A DNA stretch of 64,000 bases from Polyangiales bacterium (GTDB lineage Bacteria; Myxococcota_A; Polyangia; Polyangiales; Polyangiaceae), in the NCBI GenBank assembly GCA_038230375.1, contig JBBRNJ010000015.1, forward strand, positions 1 through 64,000. Reading direction: 5' to 3'. Position 1 is the stretch's first letter, and each line of letters starts with the position of its first letter. Positions 46,830 to 55,938 of the stretch are shown one piece after another. A program made the translations under genes and the position numbers. Below the pieces are notes generated by a model. It did not search any database, had not been told where the DNA came from, and saw only the letters and a program-made list of their open reading frames with translations.

Positions 46830-47675
46830 ATGCAGAAGCGCCATTTCGGTCCGCTCCACGATCTCGTTCCCGTCATCGGCATCGGCACGTGGAACATGGA
46901 ACAGGCGCCGCGTGCGCGCGCGGTCGCCTCCATCCACAAGGCGATCGACCTTGGAATGACCCACGTCGACACCGCGGAGCTCTACGGCCGCGGCGTGGTC
47001 GAGGAGATCGTCGGTGAGGCGATCGTCGGCCATCGCGGCCAGGTGTTCCTCACGTCAAAGCTCCTCCCGAGCCACGGTACGTACGCTGGGACCATCCTGG
47101 CGTGCGAGCGCTCACTTGGGCGGCTGCGCACCGACCACCTGGATCTCTACCTTCTTCACTGGCCTGAGAGCATGCCGCTCGAGGACACGTTCAAGGCGAT
47201 GGAGACGCTGCAGACGGAGGGAAAGATTCGCGCGTGGGGCGTATCGAACTTCGACGTGGTCGATCTGGAGCGCGCGATCGAGATGGTCGGGCCGGGCAAG
47301 ATCGTCTGCAACCAGGTGCTCTACAACCTGCTCGAGCGCGACATCGAACACGTGCTGCTCCCCTTCTGCGAGCGCAACCGCATCGCGGTCGTGGGCTACA
47401 GCCCGTTCGGCACAGGCGACTTCGGACAGGCAGGCTCGTGGCGGCTCGACGTGCTCGCCAAGATCGGAAAGGCACACGGCACCTCGGCCCGCGCAGTGGC
47501 CCTGCGCTTCCTGGTTCGCCGCCCATCGCTCTTCACCATCCCCAAGTCCCTCGACGACGCCCACCTGGCAGAAAACGCAGAAGCCGGCGACCTGGTCCTC
47601 TCCGACGCAGAGCTCCACGAGATCATGCGAACGTTCCCCGCCGGGGAACCAAAATCAAAAATGCCCTTCACTTGA
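46830..47675 (+). CDS. Aldo/keto reductase
   Basis: GIGTW, DTAELYG, LDLYLLHWP, GVSNF, NQVLYN, YSPFG, IPK. Confidence 0.95.
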   Translation: MQKRHFGPLHDLVPVIGIGTWNMEQAPRARAVASIHKAIDLGMTHVDTAELYGRGVVEEIVGEAIVGHRGQVFLTSKLLPSHGTYAGTILACERSLGRLRTDHLDLYLLHWPESMPLEDTFKAMETLQTEGKIRAWGVSNFDVVDLERAIEMVGPGKIVCNQVLYNLLERDIEHVLLPFCERNRIAVVGYSPFGTGDFGQAGSWRLDVLAKIGKAHGTSARAVALRFLVRRPSLFTIPKSLDDAHLAENAEAGDLVLSDAELHEIMRTFPAGEPKSKMPFT

Positions 47676-47810
47676 ACGGCGTCGCCTGCGGACTCAGCGC
47701 CCCACCGCCGCGCCGTCGAGCTTCGGGCCGATCAGCTGCACCATCGATTCTCCGAGCTTCCCGACGACGCCACGCACGTTCAGCTTGGTGACCTCTTGCT
47801 GGACGGCGGC

Positions 47811-48593
47811 TCATGAGGAGAGCTTCTTCCTGAGCTCCTCGAGCTCCGCATCGGTGTCGTCGTCTTCGGCGGACGGCGACGACGAGGTCGAGCGCGGGGA
47901 CGCTCCGCCCTCGCTCGCGCCGAGACGGAGCTTCGCCGGCTCCTTCTTCTTCGCGGCGGTGGGCCTCCTCTTCTCTCCTTCGCGCTGCGCGCTGCCCTTC
48001 TTCGTGAGGAGGCGCGCCGCGAGTACGCCGCCCGCGAGCCCGAAGAGGTGCCCCTGCCACGACACGCCTGGGGTGCCCGGCAGGACGCCGAACAGCGCGC
48101 CGCCGTAAAGGAGGAACACGGCGAGGCTGCCGAGGATCGGCCAGACCTTGCGCTCCAGCACGCCGCGCACGAGCAGGTAGCCGAGGTAGCCGAAGACGAG
48201 GACGCTCGCGCCGACGTGGACGGAGTCGGGCGCGCCGATGAGCCACGTGCCGAGGCCGCCGACGAGCGCCGAGAGCGCGCTCACGTAGAAGAGGTCGCGC
48301 TTGCGCCGCAGCATCACGAACCAGCCGAGCACCGCGAGAGGCAGCGTGTTGCTCATGATGTGCGCGAGGTTCACGTGGATGAACGGCGCGAAGAGGATGC
48401 CCACGAGGCCCGCGACCGAGCGCGGATGCACGCCGAGCCCGACGAGCGCGCCGCCCGTCAGCATGTTCACGAACTGCACGAACCACAGGAGGCCGATGAA
48501 GCCCGCGAGGATCTTGCCGTGTATCTTGAGCTCGGCGGTGACGCCGGGCTCGTCCTTCTCGCTCTTCGTCGTCAGGTCCCGCACTTCGCTCAT
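47811..48593 (-). CDS. Rhomboid family intramembrane serine protease
   Basis: FIH..HIMSN, HVGAS (GxS), SWQGHLFG. Confidence 0.92.
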   Translation of the reverse strand: MSEVRDLTTKSEKDEPGVTAELKIHGKILAGFIGLLWFVQFVNMLTGGALVGLGVHPRSVAGLVGILFAPFIHVNLAHIMSNTLPLAVLGWFVMLRRKRDLFYVSALSALVGGLGTWLIGAPDSVHVGASVLVFGYLGYLLVRGVLERKVWPILGSLAVFLLYGGALFGVLPGTPGVSWQGHLFGLAGGVLAARLLTKKGSAQREGEKRRPTAAKKKEPAKLRLGASEGGASPRSTSSSPSAEDDDTDAELEELRKKLSS

Positions 48594-48672
48594 GCTCGCA
48601 CGTTCAGAAGTGCGCAGGGAGCCCGACGGCGACGACGAGCTCGAGATCGTCGACCCCAACGCCGGCCAGGCT

Positions 48673-49332
48673 TCACCGCGATAAAAGTTCGGTGCGCAGC
48701 TGATCCAGGAAGGTCCTGAGAAACGTGCTGCGGGTGTGGGCTTCGGCCTTTGCTGGGGCGGTGTGCATTCTTGATTCGAGGAGGAGGAGCTTCTTTTCGA
48801 AGTGATCTAGCGCGTAGGCTTTGTCGTCCAGCGGACGCGTTTTGGCGAAGGGCTCTTGCTCTTCGTAGAAGGCGCTCTTCATGTCTGCGGAGGTGGCGAA
48901 GCAGCGGGCGATGCCGATGGCCCCGATGGCATCCAGGCGGTCCGCGTCTTGAAGGATGGCTGACTCGAGGGTGGACGGCGCTTGCCCCTTCGAGAACGCG
49001 TGGTCACGGATCGCATCGGCCACGCGGCGCGCGAAGGTTGGGTCGGCTCCGCGTTCCAGCAGCAGCGCGAGCGCGGCCTCTGCGCACACGTCGCCTGCAG
49101 TGGCCGAGCGTGGATCGTTCTTCTTGAAGGTCACGAGCTCGTGAAGGAGCGCGGCGGTGCGCACGACATCGACGTCCGCGTGAACCTCCTTCGCGATGCG
49201 GATTCCGTGGGCCGCAACACGTGCAACATGCAAGTAATCATGCGACGGCTCGCGTCCCTGCATCACGTCGCGGACGTGCGCGACAAGCGCAAGGTCTCGC
49301 TCTTCCCACGGAGCCATGGTCGTGGCGCTCAC
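48673..49332 (-). CDS. HD-domain phosphohydrolase (YedJ-like)
   Basis: SHDYLHVARV, LLHE, QDADRLDAIGAIG, DHFEKKL; GTGA overlap with the LOG gene. Confidence 0.88.
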   Translation of the reverse strand: MSATTMAPWEERDLALVAHVRDVMQGREPSHDYLHVARVAAHGIRIAKEVHADVDVVRTAALLHELVTFKKNDPRSATAGDVCAEAALALLLERGADPTFARRVADAIRDHAFSKGQAPSTLESAILQDADRLDAIGAIGIARCFATSADMKSAFYEEQEPFAKTRPLDDKAYALDHFEKKLLLLESRMHTAPAKAEAHTRSTFLRTFLDQLRTELLSR

Positions 49333-49988
49333 GGCGCTCCCCCGGTGGGTCCTGGGCCTCGTCGATCCATGGTGGGATCTCCCATGGGCGGTGGCGCGAA
49401 CGCGGCCAGCCTGGAGACCAGCGTGTCTGGCTCCGACTCCACCACATAAAGGCTCTCGTGCTCGCGCGCGATGAAGCCCTCTTCCGCCACGTGCCGTGCG
49501 AACGTCACGAACGGCGCGAAGTACCCGGCCACGTCGAGCATGCCGATCGGCTTGTCGTGCAGGCCGATCTGCGCCCACGTGAGCACCTCGAACAGCTCGT
49601 CCATCGTGCCGAAGCCGCCGGGCAGCGCAATGAATGCATCCGCCATGTCCGCCATCATCTTCTTGCGCTCGTGCATGCTGTCGGTGATGCGGAAGTCCGT
49701 GACGCCCGGATGCGCGACCTCCTTGTCCACCAGCCATCGCGGCATGATGCCGACGAGCTCGCCGCCCGCGGCGATCACCGCGTCCGAGAGCGCGCCCATG
49801 AGGCCCGTCTTGCCACCACCGTAGATGACGCCGATGCCGCGACCCGCGAGCTCGGCGCCGAGCAGCGCGGCCGCCTCTGCGTACGCGGGGTTGTTCCCGT
49901 TTCGCGACCCCGCGTACACCGTCACGCGACGCAACACGCGCTGCGCCGGGGCGGGATAACCCTCTATGCCTTCAAGTCCTTCGCGCAT
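49329..49988 (-). CDS. LOG family nucleotide 5'-monophosphate phosphoribohydrolase (TIGR00730-type)
   Basis: YGGG..GLMG, MHERK, PGGFGTMDE; start uncertain. Confidence 0.93.
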   Translation of the reverse strand: MREGLEGIEGYPAPAQRVLRRVTVYAGSRNGNNPAYAEAAALLGAELAGRGIGVIYGGGKTGLMGALSDAVIAAGGELVGIMPRWLVDKEVAHPGVTDFRITDSMHERKKMMADMADAFIALPGGFGTMDELFEVLTWAQIGLHDKPIGMLDVAGYFAPFVTFARHVAEEGFIAREHESLYVVESEPDTLVSRLAAFAPPPMGDPTMDRRGPGPTGGAP

Positions 49989-50013
49989 GCGAAACCGCAT
50001 GACCGCCACAATG

Positions 50014-50056
50014 CCACAGCCCCACAGCCCACAGCCCCAAAAGACCACAAGACCAC
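50014..50056 (+). repeat. Short tandem repeats (CCACAGC)x3 and (AAGACCAC)x2 in a divergent intergenic region
   Basis: Read directly. Confidence 0.8.
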
Positions 50057-50117
50057 CCCCGCCTACGCATGGTCGAAAACCCCCTTGGCTGGTCTCGTAG
50101 GCGTATGCTTGCAGGCT

Positions 50118-51452
50118 ATGTCCGGCGACGCGCTGGGGCTCGTGGGTCACGTGGTGGATCAACTTCGTTTCGACGAGCTCGTCGACGAGGGTGGGTTCGG
50201 CTACGTCTATCGCGGGGTCCACCTTGGCATGGACGAGCCGGTCGCCATCAAGTGCCTGAAGGTGAAGGCGCAGGACCCGCGCCTTGCGGATGGGTTCGTG
50301 AAGCGCTTCCGCGACGAGACGAAGATCGCCTATCGCCTGTCGCAGGGAAACCTGGACATCGTGCGCAGCATCTCGAGCGGCACGCTCACAGCGCGCGGTG
50401 GAATGCTCGTGCCGTACATGGTGCTCGAATGGCTCGAGGGCTGGCCGCTGACCACCGAGCTCGCCTACCGTCGCGACGACGGGCGCGGAGGCATGTCGCT
50501 GATCGAGATGGTGGAGATGCTGGACTCCGCGGCGCTGGCGCTCGGCTTTGCGCACACGCAGGGTGTCGTTCACCGCGACGTCAAGCCCGGCAACCTGTTC
50601 CTCGCGCGCACGCGGACCGGCACCCGCCTCAAGGTGCTCGATTTCGGGCTCGCAAAGATCGTCGATCCTGACGGCATCATGGACGCGCCGGCCGGAGCGG
50701 AGACCGGAAGCCACGTCTTCATCGCCTCGCCCTCGTACGGCGCACCGGAGCAGTTCTCCAAGAAGCTCGGACCCGTGGGTCCATGGAGCGACGTGTACTC
50801 GCTCGCGGTCGTCGCGATGGAGATGCTCACCTGCGCGAAGGTCCGGCCCGCGAAGAACCTGGTGGAAGGCATGATGCGTGCGCTGGATCCCCGCTTTGCG
50901 GAGCCCACGCCACGGAAGCTCGGTCTCACCGTGGGCAACGCGGTGGAGGCTGCATTCGCGCGGGCAACGGCGCTGGACGCGCGCACGCGGTACCAGGACT
51001 GCAAGGAGGCATGGTCCGCGATCCGCAGCGCAGTCCGCGAAGATCGAACCTACAGCTCCGTCGCGCCGCCCACCATTCGCAATCCGGGGAAGCCAGCGCT
51101 CGACAAGACGATGGCGATGATGCACGCGCCCGCCATCCCCGTCTCCACGGCCACGCCCAACCCGAACAAGACGCTGGCGCTCGGGGCGCAGCTGCCCTTT
51201 GCCCTGCCGCCTTCTGCCGGGGCGATTCCGTCGCCACGCGCAGCCCCTTCCGGTCCTTCGTCCGCGTCCGTCCCTTCATCGGGTTTGCGCGCGCCGATCT
51301 CGCAGCCGCTGTCGTCGTCACGTAGCGAGCCCACCACCACGTCGAGATCGAGCGGCCCGCTGCCGATGTGGCTCGCGGTGCTGCTCGCGTTCGCGCTGGC
51401 GGCCGTGGGCCTGTTCGCCATCGGCTACGCGCTGCGGATCCGGCGCCGGTAG
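50118..51452 (+). CDS. Ser/Thr protein kinase with a Pro-rich linker and C-terminal TM anchor
   Basis: EGGFGYVY, VAIK, HRDVKPGN, DFG, YGAPE; ATG at 50118. Confidence 0.92.
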   Translation: MSGDALGLVGHVVDQLRFDELVDEGGFGYVYRGVHLGMDEPVAIKCLKVKAQDPRLADGFVKRFRDETKIAYRLSQGNLDIVRSISSGTLTARGGMLVPYMVLEWLEGWPLTTELAYRRDDGRGGMSLIEMVEMLDSAALALGFAHTQGVVHRDVKPGNLFLARTRTGTRLKVLDFGLAKIVDPDGIMDAPAGAETGSHVFIASPSYGAPEQFSKKLGPVGPWSDVYSLAVVAMEMLTCAKVRPAKNLVEGMMRALDPRFAEPTPRKLGLTVGNAVEAAFARATALDARTRYQDCKEAWSAIRSAVREDRTYSSVAPPTIRNPGKPALDKTMAMMHAPAIPVSTATPNPNKTLALGAQLPFALPPSAGAIPSPRAAPSGPSSASVPSSGLRAPISQPLSSSRSEPTTTSRSSGPLPMWLAVLLAFALAAVGLFAIGYALRIRRR

Positions 51453-51464
51453 CGCACCGCTGGC

Positions 51465-52658
51465 TCACGCCGCCGAGTCGAGCTCCTTCACCATGTCCTG
51501 GCCCGATAGCTCGCAGGCGCTCTTGCCGTGCGCGAATGGCAACAGCCCTGCCTGCTCGTAGTGCGGAATGATCGCGGGCGAGAGCAGGCCGATCGTGCGC
51601 AGGTTCGGCATGAGTCGCTCGAACATCACGGTGCGGAAGCGGCGCATCCCCGGCGACTCGGACACGAAGCTCGTCCAGTCCGCGCGGCTCATGCGACCCA
51701 CAAAGTGCTCCTCGTAGACCTCGAACGCCAGAAAGCGGTTCTTCATGAGCACGGCCACCTCGAACGCCCACGACTCGCGCTCCGCGCGCTCCCGTGGCGA
51801 CAGCTCGCGCGCGATGTGATCCTTGAGCGCGATCACGCCGTAATGGACGTGGCGAGCTTCATCCAGGATCACCTGCTTCAAGAGCTCACGAAGCAGTGGC
51901 TCCTTCGACTCCCGGTAGAGCGTACCGAACGCGCCCAGCGCCAGGCCCTCCACCATGATCTGCATGCCCAGGAACTTCATGTCCCAGCGCGAGTCCGTCA
52001 TGAGCGCATCGATGATGGTGAAGAGGTTGTCGTTCACCTGATAGAGCTTGCACATCTTCTCCGTCAGGTAGCGGTGGAACACCTCCACGTGACGTCCCTC
52101 GTCCACTACCTGCGTGGAGCCGTACAGCTTGCCGTCGAACACGGGAATGGACGCGGTGACCTGCGCGGCCGCGAAGAGCGCGCCCTGCTCGCCGTGCAGG
52201 AACTGGCTCAGCATCCACGCGGCAAGGCTGTGGAGCACCTGGCGCTTCTCGCGCTCGGACAGGTGAATGCCGAGCGCGTCCAGCCGCTCTGGTGCGATGA
52301 ACGACTCCGGGAGCACCGGGACCTCGGGGCTCTCGGGGTCCACGTCGATGTGCCACGGAAGGCTGTCGCCATCCCACTGTCCCTGCTTGGCGCGGACGTA
52401 GAGATCGTGCATCTCCGTGGAGGTCTCATGGTCGCTCTTGTACTGCCAGTCGAACGTGGCCTCGTAGGAGGCACGCGCGTGCGTGACCACGCCTTGCTTG
52501 CCGCGCTGAAGAAGCAGCCCGCGAGCGCCAGACGGCCCGAGCGCCGCGAGCACACGCGGATCGTTGATGCTCGTGATGACGCGCGCGGCGTCCACGTAGG
52601 ACTCGACCTGGTTTCTCACCTTCGGGGACAGCACGGATAAGAGTCGCTCTTTGATCAC
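51465..52658 (-). CDS. Ferritin-like di-iron oxygenase (AurF-like fold)
   Basis: HGEQGA, DEGRH, VEGLA, DEARH; GTG start overlapping the reductase stop. Confidence 0.82.
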   Translation of the reverse strand: MIKERLLSVLSPKVRNQVESYVDAARVITSINDPRVLAALGPSGARGLLLQRGKQGVVTHARASYEATFDWQYKSDHETSTEMHDLYVRAKQGQWDGDSLPWHIDVDPESPEVPVLPESFIAPERLDALGIHLSEREKRQVLHSLAAWMLSQFLHGEQGALFAAAQVTASIPVFDGKLYGSTQVVDEGRHVEVFHRYLTEKMCKLYQVNDNLFTIIDALMTDSRWDMKFLGMQIMVEGLALGAFGTLYRESKEPLLRELLKQVILDEARHVHYGVIALKDHIARELSPRERAERESWAFEVAVLMKNRFLAFEVYEEHFVGRMSRADWTSFVSESPGMRRFRTVMFERLMPNLRTIGLLSPAIIPHYEQAGLLPFAHGKSACELSGQDMVKELDSAA

Positions 52659-53833
52659 GTTCGCACCTCCACCACACACGCCTCGCGCGGCCGCGCCACG
52701 CATCCAAGGATCTCGCCGCGCGCTCGCTCGTCGGGGAGGAGGCAGTTCGGTTCCTCCATCGCGACCTCGCCGGAGCACAGGCGCATCCGACACTCGCCGC
52801 ATCCGCCCATCGCGCACGAGAACGGCGCCGCGAGACCCGCACGCGTGGCGCCCGCGAGCAGCGTCTCGCCCGGCAGCAGTGTCAGCGAGACGGTGCGGCC
52901 GCCGGTCGCCTTGAAGGTCACGGCCTGCGGCGGCGTTTCGGTCGCTGCGCTCTCCCCGCGCCTGGGATCACCCTGCGCGTTGTAGCGCTCCTCCAGGATG
53001 CGGCTTGCGGGTATGCCTCGCGCTGCCAGGACCTCGCGGGCGGAGGTGCGCACGGGCTCCGGACCGCACACGAAGAAGAGCGTGGTGGGCGCGGACACGA
53101 ACGGCACGGCGTCGAGCATGCGCGCGAGCACTGGTGCGTCCATGCGCCCAGCGAACATCCACGTTCGCTCTCCTGCGGGGGGCGCAACATCGGCCGCTAG
53201 ATCCTCGCGCGCGTGCAGGACGTGGAGCCTTTGCTGATGGGCCGAGAGCGCGGCGAGCTCGTCGCGGAAGATCGTCGCCTCGGCGCTGCGGTTGCCGTAG
53301 AGCAGCGCGATCTCCGGGCCGCTCGCGCTCGCGGACAGGAGGATCGAATAGAGCGGCGTGACACCGGAGCCCGCGCCGACCAGGACGAGCGAGCCCACAT
53401 GCCCCACGGGGCGCACGAACGAACCATGCGGTCCCTCGACCGCGAAGCGATCACCCACCTTCGCGTGCGCGCAGAGGTACGTCGACACCACGCCGCCAGG
53501 CACGCGCTTCACCGTGATCTCGACGTCGGAGCCCGCACCCTCTGCACACGACACGGAGTAGTTGCGCCTGTGCACGCGGCCGAGCACCGGCACTGTGAGC
53601 GTCACGAACTGCCCAGCGCGAAACGAGATCGGCCCGGTCGACAGCCGCAGCGTGACCGCGTCGGGTGTGCGCCTGATGATCGCCACGACGGTGGCCTCAC
53701 GCTGCGCGGCGCTCGGTGCTTGCCTCCGCGTCTTGAATGTCGACGCCACAGGCGACGGCGCTTCCCCACGCAGCCGTCGGCTTGCGTGAACTGCATCCCT
53801 CACCCACTGCCTGACGTGCCCCATCGTCTGCAT
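52655..53833 (-). CDS. FAD/NAD-binding ferredoxin reductase with a C-terminal 2Fe-2S domain (PaaE/KshB-like)
   Basis: RNYS, GVVS, GSGVTP, CGP, CAMGGCGEC..C. Confidence 0.92.
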   Translation of the reverse strand: MQTMGHVRQWVRDAVHASRRLRGEAPSPVASTFKTRRQAPSAAQREATVVAIIRRTPDAVTLRLSTGPISFRAGQFVTLTVPVLGRVHRRNYSVSCAEGAGSDVEITVKRVPGGVVSTYLCAHAKVGDRFAVEGPHGSFVRPVGHVGSLVLVGAGSGVTPLYSILLSASASGPEIALLYGNRSAEATIFRDELAALSAHQQRLHVLHAREDLAADVAPPAGERTWMFAGRMDAPVLARMLDAVPFVSAPTTLFFVCGPEPVRTSAREVLAARGIPASRILEERYNAQGDPRRGESAATETPPQAVTFKATGGRTVSLTLLPGETLLAGATRAGLAAPFSCAMGGCGECRMRLCSGEVAMEEPNCLLPDERARGEILGCVARPREACVVEVRT

Positions 53834-53920
53834 CTGGACCCCTGTTACCACCAACCCTACCGATCGGTAGATAACTTGTCAAGGGAGAACGGAAACGGTT
53901 ACGGGTTACGCTGCTTTCCG

Positions 53921-54598
53921 ATGCGAATTTTTGTGGCTGGCGCCACCGGGGCCACCGGGCGCGTGCTTGTTCCTGAGGCTGCCGCTCGCGGACACGAGCT
54001 CGTGCTTCACGTGAGGCCCCAGTCGCGGGACAAGAGCCCGCTCGGCAAGGATCCTCGGGCGAAGATCTTCGACCTGGACGACCACGCCGCGCTCACCGAC
54101 GCGCTCCGCGGTTGCGACGTCTGCATTTCCCTCGTCGGCACCATGAAGAACCGCTTCGCCGCGGGCGACACGTATGAGTCCTCGGACCTCGGGTCCACAC
54201 GCGCGCTCGCCTCGGCCGCGAAGGAGGCAGGCGTCCCCCGCTTCCTCTTGCTCTCCTCCGTGGGCGCGGGCGGCGCGGGCGCGTACCTCAAGATGAAGGG
54301 CGAGTGCGAGCGCATCGTGAAGGACTCCGGCCTGCGCTACACGATCTTTCGGCCCAGCGTGCTCGTGTCGCCGAAGGATGCGGACGAAAGCCACCACGGC
54401 AAGCGCGACGAGCAACCGGTGATGGACATGGCCCTTCGCGCGATGGGCGTGCTGCCCGGCCTGCGCGGCTTCTCGGTGGACTACAGGCCCATCGGCATAG
54501 ACGTGCTCGTGCGCACCATGCTCGACGTGGTGGAGGCGAAGGGTAGCAGCCGTGACGGAGAGATCGTGATGGGCCGCGACATGGTGAAAACCAGCTAA
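53921..54598 (+). CDS. NAD(P)H-binding atypical SDR protein
   Basis: VAGATGATG, LLSSVGA, YLKMK, TIFRPS. Confidence 0.88.
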   Translation: MRIFVAGATGATGRVLVPEAAARGHELVLHVRPQSRDKSPLGKDPRAKIFDLDDHAALTDALRGCDVCISLVGTMKNRFAAGDTYESSDLGSTRALASAAKEAGVPRFLLLSSVGAGGAGAYLKMKGECERIVKDSGLRYTIFRPSVLVSPKDADESHHGKRDEQPVMDMALRAMGVLPGLRGFSVDYRPIGIDVLVRTMLDVVEAKGSSRDGEIVMGRDMVKTS

Positions 54599-54608
54599 CC
54601 TCTTCTCC

Positions 54609-55937
54609 ATGCGACGCCGGTGGCTTCCCTTCCTCGCGGTTCTCATTGCGCCGGCGCTGTACGTCGCGTGCGGCGACGATTCATCTGGTGGCGGCAAGAA
54701 CCCTGGCGGCGATGCATCGACAGACGCGCCCGGGGTGGGCGCTGACAACGACGGCGGCGCCGACGCAGAGGCCGGGCTCACCGGCGATCCGTGCGGTGAT
54801 CGCTCCGGTCTGGTCGCCAACGCAGCGTGGCCCATGGCGGGCGGCTGCCCGAAGCGCGGAGGCGTCACCCAGGTCTCCGGCCCACACTCGACCACGATTC
54901 GCTTCCGCACAAGCCTCCCGGCAGCCGGCACGTCACCCGTGGTCGACGCGGACGGCACCATCCACGTGGCCACCGCCGACGGACGACTCGTCAGCGTGGA
55001 TCTGGGCGGCGGCGTCACGGATGCCGGAGCGCAACCTTCGTCAGACGCCGGCGATGCGGGCGACGCCAGCAATGACGCGAGCAACGACGGAGGTACCGAC
55101 GGTGGAAACGAAGCGGGCCCGTTTCCGAACGGCACGTCCATCGCGATCGGCAAGGGCGGGCAGCTCGTGTACGGAGAGTCCGACGGCAAGACCTATGCGT
55201 TCGCCGTCACCGCTGCGGCGTCGTGGGGACGCACGGTGGGGACGCCGCTGGTCTCCTCTCCCGTCATCGGCCCCAGCGGCAACGTGTACGTCTCCGCAGG
55301 CGGCACGCTCTACGCGCTCTCCCTTGGCACCGGCATCCCCGTTTGGATGCAGTCTACACACGATGTCAACGCCACCACTTCGCCCGCCATCGCCGACGGC
55401 GAGCTGGTCCTGATCGGCTCGGCGGACAAGCACGTCTACGCCTTCGACAAGTCCGGCTCCGCGCGGTGGAGCTTCGCCACGGGCGCACCCATCGTGGCCA
55501 CCGCGGGCGTGCTGGTGGATCGCGAAGGAACGGTGATCGCCGCGGATCAGAGCGGCACCGTGTACGCGCTGTCGCCCGACACGGGGAAGGAACGCTGGCA
55601 CACCGCGCTCGGCTCGCCGGTGGTGAGCGGCTGCGCTGCGGGGCTGGATGCAGCCATTTTTTGCAGCTCGAGCGACGGCAAGGTGTTCGCGCTCGAGCCC
55701 AGCGGCAAGCTGCGCTGGACCTACGCCACGCTCGGCGCGAACAGCGCGCCCATCGTCGACGCGAACGGAGTCGTCTACGTGGGTTCCGACGACGGCCACC
55801 TCTACGCGATCGCGCCGTCAGGCAAGCTACGCTTCGCGGTCACCGTGTTCGGCCCCGTTCGCGCGCAGCCCGCCATGGGCGGAGACGGCGCCATCTACGT
55901 CACCACCGACACCGAGCTCCTGGGAATCGGGCCGTAG
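54609..55937 (+). CDS. Lipoprotein with PQQ-like (BamB-type) beta-propeller repeats
   Basis: Lipobox YVAC; repeated SP..G.VYVGS.DG.LYA..G..RW units. Confidence 0.88.
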   Translation: MRRRWLPFLAVLIAPALYVACGDDSSGGGKNPGGDASTDAPGVGADNDGGADAEAGLTGDPCGDRSGLVANAAWPMAGGCPKRGGVTQVSGPHSTTIRFRTSLPAAGTSPVVDADGTIHVATADGRLVSVDLGGGVTDAGAQPSSDAGDAGDASNDASNDGGTDGGNEAGPFPNGTSIAIGKGGQLVYGESDGKTYAFAVTAAASWGRTVGTPLVSSPVIGPSGNVYVSAGGTLYALSLGTGIPVWMQSTHDVNATTSPAIADGELVLIGSADKHVYAFDKSGSARWSFATGAPIVATAGVLVDREGTVIAADQSGTVYALSPDTGKERWHTALGSPVVSGCAAGLDAAIFCSSSDGKVFALEPSGKLRWTYATLGANSAPIVDANGVVYVGSDDGHLYAIAPSGKLRFAVTVFGPVRAQPAMGGDGAIYVTTDTELLGIGP

Positions 55938-55938
55938 A

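Noticed and set aside
47811..47813. Selenocysteine readthrough of the rhomboid TGA
   Set aside because: No redox motif context or evident SECIS, and the protein already ends in a natural-looking helix.
53885..53910. ACGG/GGTTACG short repeats in the reductase-SDR divergent region
   Set aside because: Too short and irregular to call an operator without comparative data.
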